Shown here piece after piece: positions 16,839-28,005 of a stretch of 64,000 bases of DNA. The position numbers and the translations under genes were made by a program. Location of the stretch: positions 201,893-265,892 of IMG/VR virus record IMGVR_UViG_3300027770_000026. One strand, given 5' to 3'. Below the pieces are notes generated by a model, which did no database searches, was not told the origin of the DNA, and was given only the letters and a program-made list of their open reading frames with translations. Numbering within the stretch: the first letter of the stretch is position 1; each line of letters opens with the position of its first letter.

Positions 16839-19750
16839 GTCATACTCTTTTTTTTAGTATCCACAGGAGCGTAACCGGTCATTAGCCCAACCTTAAACGT
16901 AAATGCTCCTAGATGGTCGCACTTAATACTAGTGTCTACGTATATCCTGAATCCCTTGTTACGTGCTTTAGCACAGAAGTCGGTATCTTCGCTTATTGTA
17001 TCCTTGTGATCTAGTGCAACATGATATTCAAATTGCGGATATCCTACAGCACTAAATATCTCTCCCTTTGCCAACACACAACCAAATCCACATCCACCAA
17101 TTTCAACAAGCGCATTATCGGGTAAATTTTGTAGTTCTGCACGATTCATACCGCCCCATTGATTAGGTAGGTAGATTTCCAATGCATGTGTGCCCGGAAT
17201 ACGCTGTATATACAACCCGCTTACTATATCCACATTGTGGGATAGCATTTTCTTTAGTGTGTCGGGCGGGAATACGATATCGCTATCAACTGAGAACAGA
17301 TAGTCGTAGTTTGCGGCCCAACTTGCGATTAGATTTCTTACCTGATCCACACGGTATCCAAACGTATATCTAAATTCTGTTTCATATCCATCTGGTATTT
17401 CAAGATCGTAAATGCTCTTGAACGTATCTACTTCAATATTACGTGCTGTTGGAATAGCAATCAGAATCTTCTTCTTTTTTGAAGTAGGTAATACAGTATT
17501 GCTAGCCGTTGGCATAGTTATAGTAGTAGTAGGAACTACTGGAGGCGTAATAGCAAGAGAAGGTGTTGCGGTTGGGTTAGTGAGCGATACACCTAGTTCT
17601 CTGAGAATTTCTAATGCTGGTTTCCTCGCCTCAGTTCGTGGCGGCGGGTTTGCCGGCGGCAATTCTGGTATCGTAAACATTGGTCCGTCTTTCATTTTAA
17701 TAATGTTCCTTGCATTTCTTGTTTGCTCGTCGCCGTTGATCTTGTAGTCGTTAAGTGGACTAGCATCATTATAATTATAAACAACTCTAGACACAACCGT
17801 AATTTTGTCTGGATCGGCTTGTTCTAGTACAGAGTAGAAAATAGAGCCGTCACCGCCAGCCTTAAACCAATTACCATCTGCATCTTTAAACATCTTGTCG
17901 TCCACAGCATTGAGTAGACGCTTTCTGAAAGTACGTAAATGGGTGTAGGGCATGATCCAATTGAAATGATGATTGCGATAGTTTTTGGTATCACGCACAT
18001 GTTTTGGATATGGTTGCGATATCAACGGAATGTTATCAACTATACTCCAGCACGACCCATAACTAAATTCTGTGCCTTCGTGATAGATATTATTATAGTA
18101 GTGGAATATGTCGGGATCGTTAACTAACCAGTCGTCGCCATCTAGGATCATAACTATATCGTCATCTCCAAGATGTTCTCTAATAGCTGATACCTGATTG
18201 CATACAGCACCAACATTTGTTTCACTTTCTATTAGAGTAAACCTACCGTCTAATTCGTCTGGTAAGTCCTTCATTACATCCATGATAACATCGACACTAT
18301 TGTCGGTTGATGCATCATTGATCAAGTACAGATGATAGTTATCGTAGTTCTGCTGGGCAACACTTTCAATACACTTGCGCAGATAATTTGCTGCATTATA
18401 AAATGTGCTAATAACTGCAATGCGTTGTTGTACGCCACGTGTTGGAGTGCCCCACTCTTCGTTGTTACTAAATCTACGTCCAAACACTTGATGTACTTTA
18501 GCATTAATATCTGCAGCTCTGCGGTAGTCTGTTACTGGTAAGAATTGATTTAGCTTCTTATAAAAATGCTGCTTCCACTGTACTGCAACAGTATCCCATG
18601 TACAGATATCGCGTATCTGATTACATGCATACATCTTTTGCTGATGTAGGTATGTGTTGCGGTATGCATTTATAGTCATTTCCGCAAACTTCTGAGACTG
18701 TGTTTCCGGATTGATCTCGGGGAATAGTCCGTTTGGCTCTACGGCATAGTCTAGCTGATAGCAAGCTAGGTTAACAGCAGTTTCTTCCAGTGCACCAAAA
18801 CGACTGCAAAGTACTGGAGTATTGTAGTATAAGGATTCTAAAGTGGAAATGCCAAACGTTTCGGGAAACGCACCAGGCATGATCATAAAGCTTGCACGAC
18901 TGAGCAACTCTGCAATTTCGCTTTGCTTGATAATACCAGTAAACTCTACCGCTAACTGCGCATACAATGGATTAGCTGCATACTCGCGTAGCTTCTTTTC
19001 CTGTGCATCGGGTTCTGCATTATCTCTGAAACGATAGTATCCCCCTACTACTTTGAGCTGTGCATCGGGAATGTTAGCTTTAACTTGTGGCCAAATACGA
19101 TCTAGTAATGGGACAAGTCCCTTGGTTACGCTAGCATTGTACACAAAAAGATTGCGGTCTTTGGCAGCAACATCTACTTGATCAATATATTTTGTCATAC
19201 CATTACGTGTAACAAATACCTTGTTCTTGAGTACTTCAAAGTTACGACGCTTACCGCCGTGGTGGCAGTTAGTGACATACGCTGTGTGGAAGTCGCTCAG
19301 AGTAAAGATCTCATCGATTTGCCTATTCAACAGCAGATCTTCTAGTATCTCGTCCCCGCCGCAGAACGTGTCGTGCATCCACAACACTTTATGTTTGGCA
19401 TTTTTAACCAGCTGCTGATATCTTTTGCAATGATATCCAAACTGCGCCCAGTGTGCCCAATGATGTTCTAATGAGAAAGGAACAACAGTACGCGACCCAA
19501 TCACAATGTCCGCAGTATAATCATTTGGTACATCAAGTCGAGTATGATCTACATATGTCACACCGTCAAACACACCTTCCTGCGCATGAGAATCTATGCA
19601 GTTGTTGAATACCGTGACTTTAAATCCTAGCTTTGCAAGCTCTTTGGATATCAAAATTACAGCACTTTCACTACCGCCTAACCCGCGTTTGCTTAACGTA
19701 TTACCATCATAGGTAAGTCCAAGCACGTCAATTATTGCTACAGATAACAT
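16835..19750 (-). CDS. three-domain glycosyltransferase (GT-B/GT4 + two GT-A/GT2-like domains)
   Basis: GLGGSE and ETFGISTLES (GT4); NDASTD, LDGDD (GT2); SVDSD, GFGCVL, SEDTDFC (GT-A); Pro/Thr linker. Confidence 0.85.
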   Translation of the reverse strand: MLSVAIIDVLGLTYDGNTLSKRGLGGSESAVILISKELAKLGFKVTVFNNCIDSHAQEGVFDGVTYVDHTRLDVPNDYTADIVIGSRTVVPFSLEHHWAHWAQFGYHCKRYQQLVKNAKHKVLWMHDTFCGGDEILEDLLLNRQIDEIFTLSDFHTAYVTNCHHGGKRRNFEVLKNKVFVTRNGMTKYIDQVDVAAKDRNLFVYNASVTKGLVPLLDRIWPQVKANIPDAQLKVVGGYYRFRDNAEPDAQEKKLREYAANPLYAQLAVEFTGIIKQSEIAELLSRASFMIMPGAFPETFGISTLESLYYNTPVLCSRFGALEETAVNLACYQLDYAVEPNGLFPEINPETQSQKFAEMTINAYRNTYLHQQKMYACNQIRDICTWDTVAVQWKQHFYKKLNQFLPVTDYRRAADINAKVHQVFGRRFSNNEEWGTPTRGVQQRIAVISTFYNAANYLRKCIESVAQQNYDNYHLYLINDASTDNSVDVIMDVMKDLPDELDGRFTLIESETNVGAVCNQVSAIREHLGDDDIVMILDGDDWLVNDPDIFHYYNNIYHEGTEFSYGSCWSIVDNIPLISQPYPKHVRDTKNYRNHHFNWIMPYTHLRTFRKRLLNAVDDKMFKDADGNWFKAGGDGSIFYSVLEQADPDKITVVSRVVYNYNDASPLNDYKINGDEQTRNARNIIKMKDGPMFTIPELPPANPPPRTEARKPALEILRELGVSLTNPTATPSLAITPPVVPTTTITMPTASNTVLPTSKKKKILIAIPTARNIEVDTFKSIYDLEIPDGYETEFRYTFGYRVDQVRNLIASWAANYDYLFSVDSDIVFPPDTLKKMLSHNVDIVSGLYIQRIPGTHALEIYLPNQWGGMNRAELQNLPDNALVEIGGCGFGCVLAKGEIFSAVGYPQFEYHVALDHKDTISEDTDFCAKARNKGFRIYVDTSIKCDHLGAFTFKVGLMTGYAPVDTKKKSMT

Positions 19751-19773
19751 ATAGTCCTTTTAAAATTTAGAGC

Positions 19774-19779
19774 TAAATA
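19774..19779 (+). promoter_or_regulatory. putative late promoter TAAATA for giant fibre-like gene
   Basis: CTAAATAC upstream of 19836; a divergent TAAGTA faces the glycosyltransferase. Confidence 0.5.
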
Positions 19780-19835
19780 CGATACTAATACTTATTTTTC
19801 ATCTCCGTACAGAGAAAAATTTCGTAGGGAACGCT

Positions 19836-22800
19836 ATGGCTACTTTTAACTTAATTCAGATGAAGCGCAGTGCAACTCCGGGAAAAGTCCCCACAACACA
19901 GGACTTATCGCTGGGAGAATTTGGTATAAACACTTACGATGGTAAGGTTTTTATCAAAAAGGACGACGGTACGCCTAGTATCGTTGAAGTTGGCGTCAGA
20001 GGCGCCACTGCAGTTCAAAATGTATTTTATGTAAGTAAAAGTGGTAATGATGCAAACGACGGAAAGAGCCTAGATAAGTCCAAACTTACAATTAAGTCTG
20101 CTGTAGCAGCAACTCGCGCATTAGTTGCAACTGCAACTGCGACCGTAGCCAATGGGTCAATTACTGCATTATATGTAACAAATCCAGGCGCCGGGTATGA
20201 ATTACCCTTAATCCCAACCGTCACAATCTTTGGCGACGGTACCGGAGCAAGAGCAGTACCTATTATCAGTAGCGGATCAGTTATAGGTTTTACAATACTA
20301 GATAGAGGTATTGACTACACTTACGCCGATGTATACATAACACCGGCTGGCGCAGGACGCACTGGTGCAGGCTCAACCATATTTGTCAAGAGCGGCGACT
20401 ATACAGAAGATAATCCAATTTACATCCCAGCCGGAGTAAGCATTGTTGGCGACAGTTTGCGTTCGGTGACAATTCGTCCGCAAAACACAACGCTGGACTT
20501 GTTTTGGGTTAATAACAAGAGCTACTTTACTGAAATGACTTTCAGAGATCATAAGGCTCCGGCTGCAATTATCGCATTCCCCTCAGTTGACATTACTGGC
20601 ATTGAAAATACCAATCCTGCCCGTGTAACGTTCTCGGGAGTATTCATATATGACAGAGTTAAATGTTCACGTGACGTTGGACTTATTGTAGATGCTCTTG
20701 CACAAGACATTAAATTTCCTGGTCTAGATGGCACAAGCCAAAGCATGTTTGCTGGCTTGCAGTACTGGACACAAAGTGGATACAGTATTCCAAATGTGTA
20801 CCCAACATCAGAAGTAACAGCAACACTGGGCGCACTTGCTCAACTTAAACTAGAAATTGCTGCGTTGCTTGGACCGGTGATGACTATAACTACGGACTCA
20901 CTAGTTGACGTAATTATTAACATATTAAATGGTACAACAAATCCTGCTACAGTCACGGATCTGATAGTACCAAACGGTACAACAGCAATTACAGCAACGG
21001 ACGTTGTTAACGCATACGCTGACATACAAGCAGCAAAGACTACAATTATAGATAATATTATTAACTGGATTAACACTGTTGGTGCTCCGGGCATAACTTA
21101 CGACGAAGCCCTTTGTCGCAGAGACCTTGGTTATATCATTGACAGTGTGTGCTACGACTTGTTGTACGGCGGCAACCGTCAAGTAATTCAAAATGGTATC
21201 TACTACTTGGGGTTCTCGGAAACGGACACAGCAATTCCAGGTGAGATTCCTCAGGTAACTGCTGCATATAACTATCTAAAGAGTATTGTTCCTTTGGTCA
21301 TTGAAGGAACAGCAATTGCATCACCTCGTCAGACTAAGGTTGTACAAGTTACAACAGGTAGTAATGGCACCGTAACACAGTCTAATCTAGCAACTAGCAA
21401 TATTGACATGATATTAGATATTATTAATACCGGACCAGCTGCATACGTAACTGCTGGAACACGTACACCAATTGGTCTAGTTGCAGCAAGCGGCAATGCT
21501 ACCAATGCATATAACAAGTTAATAGCTAATAGAGATTTCCTACGTGCAGAAGTAATTGCTTACATTGATCAGGAGACAATTTCGTTTGATCGTGCCAAGT
21601 GCTATCGTGACCTTGGACTCATTGTGGATTCTATTGCAACTGACGTGACATTCACCGATAGAACACAAACAACTTTTGCAGGTATCCAGTATTGGAGTCA
21701 GGCTGCACTAGCATCGTCTAGCGAAATAAATCCGGGTGAGATTGCAGCTACAATTAACGCATATACATATCTTAAAGCAATTGCACTAGATATTATTCAA
21801 GACATATCAACACATGTTCTATATACACCGGTGTCGTATCCTCGAGTGACAGCAGCATCTATACCTACATCTGCAGTAACCGACCCTACAGTTATTTCTG
21901 CTATTAGTGACAATTTTGATCTGTTACTTGATATATTGACCGATGGCAATACCAATAACGTAACAGAGCGTATTATTTCAAGTGGTTTGATTATTGCAGG
22001 CAATACAACGCAGCAATATCATGCGGCATTACTCTTAAATGCTAACACAGATTTCTTTAAGGAACAAGTAACATTAAGAATTGCTAACCAATTCCCGTTG
22101 TTAGTATACAATACCGCTACTTGCGAGCGAGACGTACAATATGTTACTAGTTGCATAAGCAGAGACAATCTATTTGGTGGCAATCGCCAGACTGTGCAAG
22201 CAGCAGTATACTATTATAGCTATCTAGCAGCTAGTACAGTACCAACAGAAATACAGCAAATTGAAAAAGCTTACAAGTATATCAAGATATTAGCTAGCTA
22301 CATTATACGTGGGCTACCAATGCCTTATGTATATCAAACTGGAGAATTACAAGACTTTGTAACTGCTTCCGGTGTTGGTACATTGACGCAAGTCACAGTG
22401 GCACAGAACCTAGTAGATTATATGTTGGGCATCATCAATGATAAAACAACAGCAGATGCACCTGGATACGCCGGCATCTCAGAATTTAGTACAACGTATC
22501 GTCGTGCGGGCGAGCAATTACTAGCCAACAAAGAATTCATTAAGGCAGAAGTTGTTGCGTACCTAGAAGGATACACGTATAACCGTACAACATGTTCACG
22601 TGACACCGGACTCATTGTGGATGCGCTGGTACAAGACTTATTGTTTGATGGCGATAGCCAATCAACATTTGCAGCAATCCAGTACTGGAGTCAGACAGCA
22701 GAACGTTCAATCCCAGCAGGAGAGATTGCAGCAACAGTAGCGGCAATTGACTTTGTTATCACTCAGACTAATGCATTGTCTATTAGAACAGCAGACAAGA

Positions 22801-25800
22801 CTAATATTGAAAATGGTTTTGACTTAATAAGAAATCTATTGGATGAAACTGTTAACGTAGCAACAATCACCAGCGGCATAGTTCCTAACAGTATTGAACC
22901 TGATCGCGATGCGCAAGCTGCGTATGATGCGCTACAAGCAGCCAAAGCAACAATCATTGACGATACGATTGCAGACATTGCAGGTACGTTCCCGTCATTT
23001 GATCAACCAATTACGGGCGCAACTGCAGCAAGTCCTGTTGTACTAACTATTACAGGTCACGCCTTTGCAGATGGTGACTCCATTAGAATCAACAACATTG
23101 AAGGCATGGTTGAGCTAAACGGCAATCGTTACTACACTAAGAACACTGGCGCAAATACCGTAGAGCTATACTTAGATGCTACATTGCTAACTGCTCTAGA
23201 CGGTACAGGATTTACAGCGTACGAGACAGGCGGTTATGCAGATACACAGACTGCAGCGAAATGCCGCAGAGATTTGGGCTACATGATTGACAGTGTTAGC
23301 TTTGATTTGTTGTATAACGCTGACCCAACTAACACTGTTCAGTCTAACAGACAAGCAGTACAATCAGGCGTTTACTATTGGAATCACTCAACTACTGTAA
23401 GCATAGTACCTGGCGAAAAACCAATTGTAACAGCAGCATACGATTACATCAAGACATTGTCGTCGTACATTGTTGAAGGACGCGAGGTTCCAACAGTATA
23501 CGGTACAGTGCCACAAGTGATGCCAGAGGGGCCAATGGCAATTGGTACAACACAAGACGTTAACAAGATTACTGACAAGCTTGACCTGATGATTAACATT
23601 ATCAATGCAGGCCCAAGTGTTGCACCAAATCCAGAACCAATTAGCCTAGCACGTATCGGTTCATTTAATTACAACCGCACCAAGTGCTCACGTGACTTAG
23701 GACTGATCGTAGACGCCATTGCACAGGACATTAAATTCCCAGGCACCAGCGGCGACAGTCAAACAGTGTTTGCTGGCCTGCAATACTGGACACAGAACGA
23801 CGGGTATAGTATCTCAAACATTGCACCAAGTGCAGAAGTTGCAGCAACAGTTGGTGCACTAGTGCAGTTGAAAGCGCAAATCACTGCAGTTGCTGCAGCT
23901 ACATCTGCTACAACAGATGAACTAATTGATCTTATCATAAACATTATCAATAGAATTATCGATCCAGCTGATGTTACCGATTTGATTATACCAAACGATG
24001 CGATCGCTAACACCGGAGCAATAGCTACAGCCTACGCAGCAATACAATCGGCCAAGACAACAATTCGCGCCAACATAGTTACTTGGGTTAACACTAACTA
24101 TCCAGCATTAGTATATAACTCTACAACTTGTAGTCGAGACGTTGGTTTTATAATTGACAGCGTATGCTATGACTTGTTGTATAACGGCAACCGTCAGGCA
24201 ATTCAAAGCGGTATCTACTATCTAGGCTTCTCGTCAACTGATAGTGCAGTGGCAGGTGAAATACCACAGGTAACTGCCGCTTACACCTATCTAAAGAGCA
24301 TACTGCCTTCTATCATTGAAGGGACACCATTGGCTACAACATATCAAACAGACGTAGCACAAGTTACATCGGGTAGCAGCGGTACACCAACACAGTCTAC
24401 ACTTGCAGCCGACGCAGTAGATATCATACTAGACATTATTAATAATGGTCCTGGTACATACCTTGACGCTGGCACACGTACTCCAATTGGTCTAGTTGCC
24501 GCTGGCGGTAATGCTAATAACACTTATACACGGTTGCAAGCTAATAGAGACTTTATCCGTGCAGAAGTAATTGCTTACATTGATACTACAGTTGTAACGT
24601 ACGATCATCTCAAGTGCTCACGCGACCTTGGGTTGATCGTTGACGCACTAGCACAAGACTTGAAGTTCCCAGGACTAGACGGCAACAGCCAAAGCATGTT
24701 TGCTGGCTTGCAGTACTGGACTCAAGCAGATGGTTATAGTGTTCCTGATGGATCTCCTAGCGAGAAGGCCGCTACACTTGATGCACTAGCATATCTCAAG
24801 TCGCAGGTTGCAGGATTGGCTGGTGTAACAATTGATTCAACTACAAATGCACTATTTGACACTATCATCGATATACTAGATGGTACAACACCTCCGGCTA
24901 GCGTAACTGATCTGATTGTACCAAACGGAACAACAGCAAGTGTTGTTACTGCAGTAACTGATGCATATGCTGCAATTCAAACAGCAAAAGCAACACTACC
25001 TGCTGCTACAGTTGCATACATACAAGGACTACCTGCGTACTCGGGTCTAGTATTTGATACAGGATTGTGCGAGCGCGACGTTGGTTACATATTAGACAGT
25101 ATTTCATATGACGTACTGTATGGCGGTAATCGTCAGGCAATACAAAGCGGTATCTACTATCTAAACTTCTCAAGTACAGTGACTGCAATTCCAAACGAAG
25201 TACCGCAGGTAACTGCTGCGTATGAATACTTGAAGTCAATTATCCCATCTATTGTTACAGGTACACCGGTTGCAACACTATATCAAACAGAAGTTGCACA
25301 GGTAATCTCAGGTAGCAGTGGTGCAGGTGCAGCAGCATCCGTACAGGCAAATGTTGATTTGATATTGGATATCATTATCAACGGACCAAACGCTTATATT
25401 ACTCCAGGTACAAGAACACCAATTGGACTAGTAGCAGAAACAAACGCAACTATACTGAATGCCTATAACAAGTTGGTAGCAAATCGTAGTTTCTTACGTG
25501 CAGAAATCATTGCGTATATTGACTATGTACTACAGCAGAAGTATCAAACAACAGCTAACGCTGCATATCTACTAAACGCTAACCGTGCGTTCATTGTATC
25601 AGAGCTAATTGGATTTACGGACGAAAACTACGCAATACAGCACCCATACTCGAGCGGAGATACTATTTCTATTCGTCAGGTTGTTGGTATGACAGAAGTC
25701 AATAACGGTTATATACATCAGATCACCAATGCAACCAACACCAACCCAGTTAGACTAACATTTAATAAGGGTCATGCCTTTGGAGATACTACTTCGATGA

Positions 25801-27653
25801 GACTATCTGCTGTAGGCGGAATGAACGAAGTTAATGGCAATCGTTACTATGCACGTTTCTTTAATACTACAGAAGTTGAACTGTTCAATGACGTTAAACT
25901 AACAGATCCTGTTGATGGAACACTGTTTGGTTCATACACCAGCGGCGGCCAGGCAGAAACAGACAGCTTCTATTATGTACGAAAGATAGATGGCGACAGC
26001 ATTGATCTGTATCTTGATCGTGCGCTAACACAACCAGTTGATGCAACTAACTGGGGTTCGTATATTACCGGTGGTATTGCTGGAACTGGCGCATTACCAG
26101 TAAGCCCATACGTACACAACTGCTCCAGTATCACTACAACTGGCACAGGTATGCGTGTTGACGGTAACTTGAGTACTGGATTGAAGTCTATGGTCCTCGA
26201 CTCGTTTACCCAAATTAACGAAGGTGGTAACGGGATTGAAATCATCAACCGCGGTTACGCACAGCTCGTATCCATTTACACCATTTGTACTGACATTGGT
26301 ATTTTGTGTAAGGGCGGCGGCTTCTGTTCCGTTGCTAACAGTGACAGCAGCTTTGGTACATACGCACTAGTTGCGGATGGATTAAGTGAAGTATTGTATT
26401 CGGGTGTAACAGACGGCGACTTGCAAACAGGCAAGGCTATCAACCTTAAGGGGCTAACGCACCGTCCAAACTATGGCGATGCGATGGACGTCACTAGTGA
26501 ATTAATTGTCGCAGACGCATATATCGTAGCAGCTAGTGCAACTATTAACGATCCTGGCACAGGTTATAAGCCGGGCGATTTGATGGAACTCGACGGCATA
26601 GTAGGCACTTCGCCAAAGTTCCGCGTATCAACAGTTAAGATTGTTAGCGCATCCGTTAATACCTTAGTATCGGGGTCACTTGCAATAGGTGATAGATTTA
26701 CGTTCTCTAAGGGATATAGTACATCTGCTGTGCTTGAAGTAGCAACAGTTACGCCATCGGTTACATTTACTATTATCGAAGCTGGCGTTAAGAACACGGG
26801 AGTAACAGCTCTAACAAATATTAGTCCCGATATCTCGTCATCGGCTGCTGTAATAACAGTGGATCTGGTGTACGGAATTGAATCGGTCGGAGTTGCAGCA
26901 CCATTTTATGGCGAACTAATAGAAACTCCATCAAACCCATCTGTTACTATAACATCTACTGGTATTGGCGTAGATGCACTGCTAGACGTAATTTATTCGG
27001 TACGCTTGACTTTTGACGATCCGCACTACTTTAGGGGCGACGAGCAGATTGTAGCTAGTGGGTTTACGGGTAGTAATAATCAATCGTTGCTAAACGGTAA
27101 TACGTATTTTATCAAATTAACTAACAATGCGTACAAAGCAGATCTACACATAGACTCTGCTCTAGCACTGGGAGTTGATACATCACTGTATACTGCATCA
27201 TATGATGGTGGTGGCACCGCTACACTACACGACTACTATACCGTAGTAACAGCAACAGAAGGACCAGTTGCAACTGCAGGCACATACGAAGGATTACGTC
27301 AAAGTCAGATTGGACTAGAAATTGCTGTTAAGCGTCCAATTGTAGATGAATCTGCAGTTGAGTTCCGCCAACGTAGTATTGTATCGTCCTCGGGCCATAC
27401 ATTTGAGTACATTGGTTCGGGAAATATACTAAGTACAGCAACACCAGAAGCGGGTGCTTATCCAATTGCAGCCAACGAAGTAGTTGAGCTGCGTGGAGGT
27501 AAAGCATACTTTACTGGAACTAACGAACAAGGCGACTTTAAAATCGGTACTGAACTGGTAATTAATCGCGATACTGGTACAATCTCTGGTAGAACATTTA
27601 ACAAGAGCTTGTTCGCAGTACTAACGCCATACATATTGGCACTCGAGGGATAA
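19836..27653 (+). CDS. giant virion fibre/spike-like protein with beta-helix scaffold and ten phycobiliprotein-like CxRD repeats
   Basis: N-terminal fibre-type domain (MKRSATPGKVP...GEFGINTYDGK); YVSKSGNDANDG and IFVKSGDY beta-helix start; ten CxRDx[GQ] repeats; beta-helix resumes at SPYVHNCS. Confidence 0.75.
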   Translation: MATFNLIQMKRSATPGKVPTTQDLSLGEFGINTYDGKVFIKKDDGTPSIVEVGVRGATAVQNVFYVSKSGNDANDGKSLDKSKLTIKSAVAATRALVATATATVANGSITALYVTNPGAGYELPLIPTVTIFGDGTGARAVPIISSGSVIGFTILDRGIDYTYADVYITPAGAGRTGAGSTIFVKSGDYTEDNPIYIPAGVSIVGDSLRSVTIRPQNTTLDLFWVNNKSYFTEMTFRDHKAPAAIIAFPSVDITGIENTNPARVTFSGVFIYDRVKCSRDVGLIVDALAQDIKFPGLDGTSQSMFAGLQYWTQSGYSIPNVYPTSEVTATLGALAQLKLEIAALLGPVMTITTDSLVDVIINILNGTTNPATVTDLIVPNGTTAITATDVVNAYADIQAAKTTIIDNIINWINTVGAPGITYDEALCRRDLGYIIDSVCYDLLYGGNRQVIQNGIYYLGFSETDTAIPGEIPQVTAAYNYLKSIVPLVIEGTAIASPRQTKVVQVTTGSNGTVTQSNLATSNIDMILDIINTGPAAYVTAGTRTPIGLVAASGNATNAYNKLIANRDFLRAEVIAYIDQETISFDRAKCYRDLGLIVDSIATDVTFTDRTQTTFAGIQYWSQAALASSSEINPGEIAATINAYTYLKAIALDIIQDISTHVLYTPVSYPRVTAASIPTSAVTDPTVISAISDNFDLLLDILTDGNTNNVTERIISSGLIIAGNTTQQYHAALLLNANTDFFKEQVTLRIANQFPLLVYNTATCERDVQYVTSCISRDNLFGGNRQTVQAAVYYYSYLAASTVPTEIQQIEKAYKYIKILASYIIRGLPMPYVYQTGELQDFVTASGVGTLTQVTVAQNLVDYMLGIINDKTTADAPGYAGISEFSTTYRRAGEQLLANKEFIKAEVVAYLEGYTYNRTTCSRDTGLIVDALVQDLLFDGDSQSTFAAIQYWSQTAERSIPAGEIAATVAAIDFVITQTNALSIRTADKTNIENGFDLIRNLLDETVNVATITSGIVPNSIEPDRDAQAAYDALQAAKATIIDDTIADIAGTFPSFDQPITGATAASPVVLTITGHAFADGDSIRINNIEGMVELNGNRYYTKNTGANTVELYLDATLLTALDGTGFTAYETGGYADTQTAAKCRRDLGYMIDSVSFDLLYNADPTNTVQSNRQAVQSGVYYWNHSTTVSIVPGEKPIVTAAYDYIKTLSSYIVEGREVPTVYGTVPQVMPEGPMAIGTTQDVNKITDKLDLMINIINAGPSVAPNPEPISLARIGSFNYNRTKCSRDLGLIVDAIAQDIKFPGTSGDSQTVFAGLQYWTQNDGYSISNIAPSAEVAATVGALVQLKAQITAVAAATSATTDELIDLIINIINRIIDPADVTDLIIPNDAIANTGAIATAYAAIQSAKTTIRANIVTWVNTNYPALVYNSTTCSRDVGFIIDSVCYDLLYNGNRQAIQSGIYYLGFSSTDSAVAGEIPQVTAAYTYLKSILPSIIEGTPLATTYQTDVAQVTSGSSGTPTQSTLAADAVDIILDIINNGPGTYLDAGTRTPIGLVAAGGNANNTYTRLQANRDFIRAEVIAYIDTTVVTYDHLKCSRDLGLIVDALAQDLKFPGLDGNSQSMFAGLQYWTQADGYSVPDGSPSEKAATLDALAYLKSQVAGLAGVTIDSTTNALFDTIIDILDGTTPPASVTDLIVPNGTTASVVTAVTDAYAAIQTAKATLPAATVAYIQGLPAYSGLVFDTGLCERDVGYILDSISYDVLYGGNRQAIQSGIYYLNFSSTVTAIPNEVPQVTAAYEYLKSIIPSIVTGTPVATLYQTEVAQVISGSSGAGAAASVQANVDLILDIIINGPNAYITPGTRTPIGLVAETNATILNAYNKLVANRSFLRAEIIAYIDYVLQQKYQTTANAAYLLNANRAFIVSELIGFTDENYAIQHPYSSGDTISIRQVVGMTEVNNGYIHQITNATNTNPVRLTFNKGHAFGDTTSMRLSAVGGMNEVNGNRYYARFFNTTEVELFNDVKLTDPVDGTLFGSYTSGGQAETDSFYYVRKIDGDSIDLYLDRALTQPVDATNWGSYITGGIAGTGALPVSPYVHNCSSITTTGTGMRVDGNLSTGLKSMVLDSFTQINEGGNGIEIINRGYAQLVSIYTICTDIGILCKGGGFCSVANSDSSFGTYALVADGLSEVLYSGVTDGDLQTGKAINLKGLTHRPNYGDAMDVTSELIVADAYIVAASATINDPGTGYKPGDLMELDGIVGTSPKFRVSTVKIVSASVNTLVSGSLAIGDRFTFSKGYSTSAVLEVATVTPSVTFTIIEAGVKNTGVTALTNISPDISSSAAVITVDLVYGIESVGVAAPFYGELIETPSNPSVTITSTGIGVDALLDVIYSVRLTFDDPHYFRGDEQIVASGFTGSNNQSLLNGNTYFIKLTNNAYKADLHIDSALALGVDTSLYTASYDGGGTATLHDYYTVVTATEGPVATAGTYEGLRQSQIGLEIAVKRPIVDESAVEFRQRSIVSSSGHTFEYIGSGNILSTATPEAGAYPIAANEVVELRGGKAYFTGTNEQGDFKIGTELVINRDTGTISGRTFNKSLFAVLTPYILALEG
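20640..25560 (+). repeat. five A/B pairs of ~150-170-aa helical repeats
   Basis: Cys codons at 20664, 21114, 21600, 22122, 22593, 23262, 23685, 24129, 24615, 25068. Confidence 0.85.
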
Positions 27654-27656
27654 TAC

Positions 27657-28004
27657 ATGGCTTCCACTATACCTTTAAATACGTTTAAAACTGTTGCTTC
27701 TGCAATAACTACGGCAGACGTAGACATCTATACTGCACCTGTAGGCATTACTACTATTATATTGATGGCGCAAGTCTCTAATATGAACGTAGGAACCCCG
27801 CTTGATAAATGGGTAAGTGCTGCTCACAATGATGGCTCCACAATGAGATATTTGGTACGCGAATTTGGAGTCCCACCAAACGACAGTGTAAGTGTATTAA
27901 CTGGTAAATTAGTATTGGAATCAGGACAAAGTATCACTATGTCGGCAGAGGATAACGACTATCTAGAAGTTGTGTTAAGCATACTAGAAACATCAAACGA
28001 ATAA
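27657..28004 (+). CDS. small probable structural protein
   Basis: Beta-rich, GKLVLESG, ends SILETSNE; between two fibre-like genes. Confidence 0.65.
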   Translation: MASTIPLNTFKTVASAITTADVDIYTAPVGITTIILMAQVSNMNVGTPLDKWVSAAHNDGSTMRYLVREFGVPPNDSVSVLTGKLVLESGQSITMSAEDNDYLEVVLSILETSNE

Positions 28005-28005
28005 T

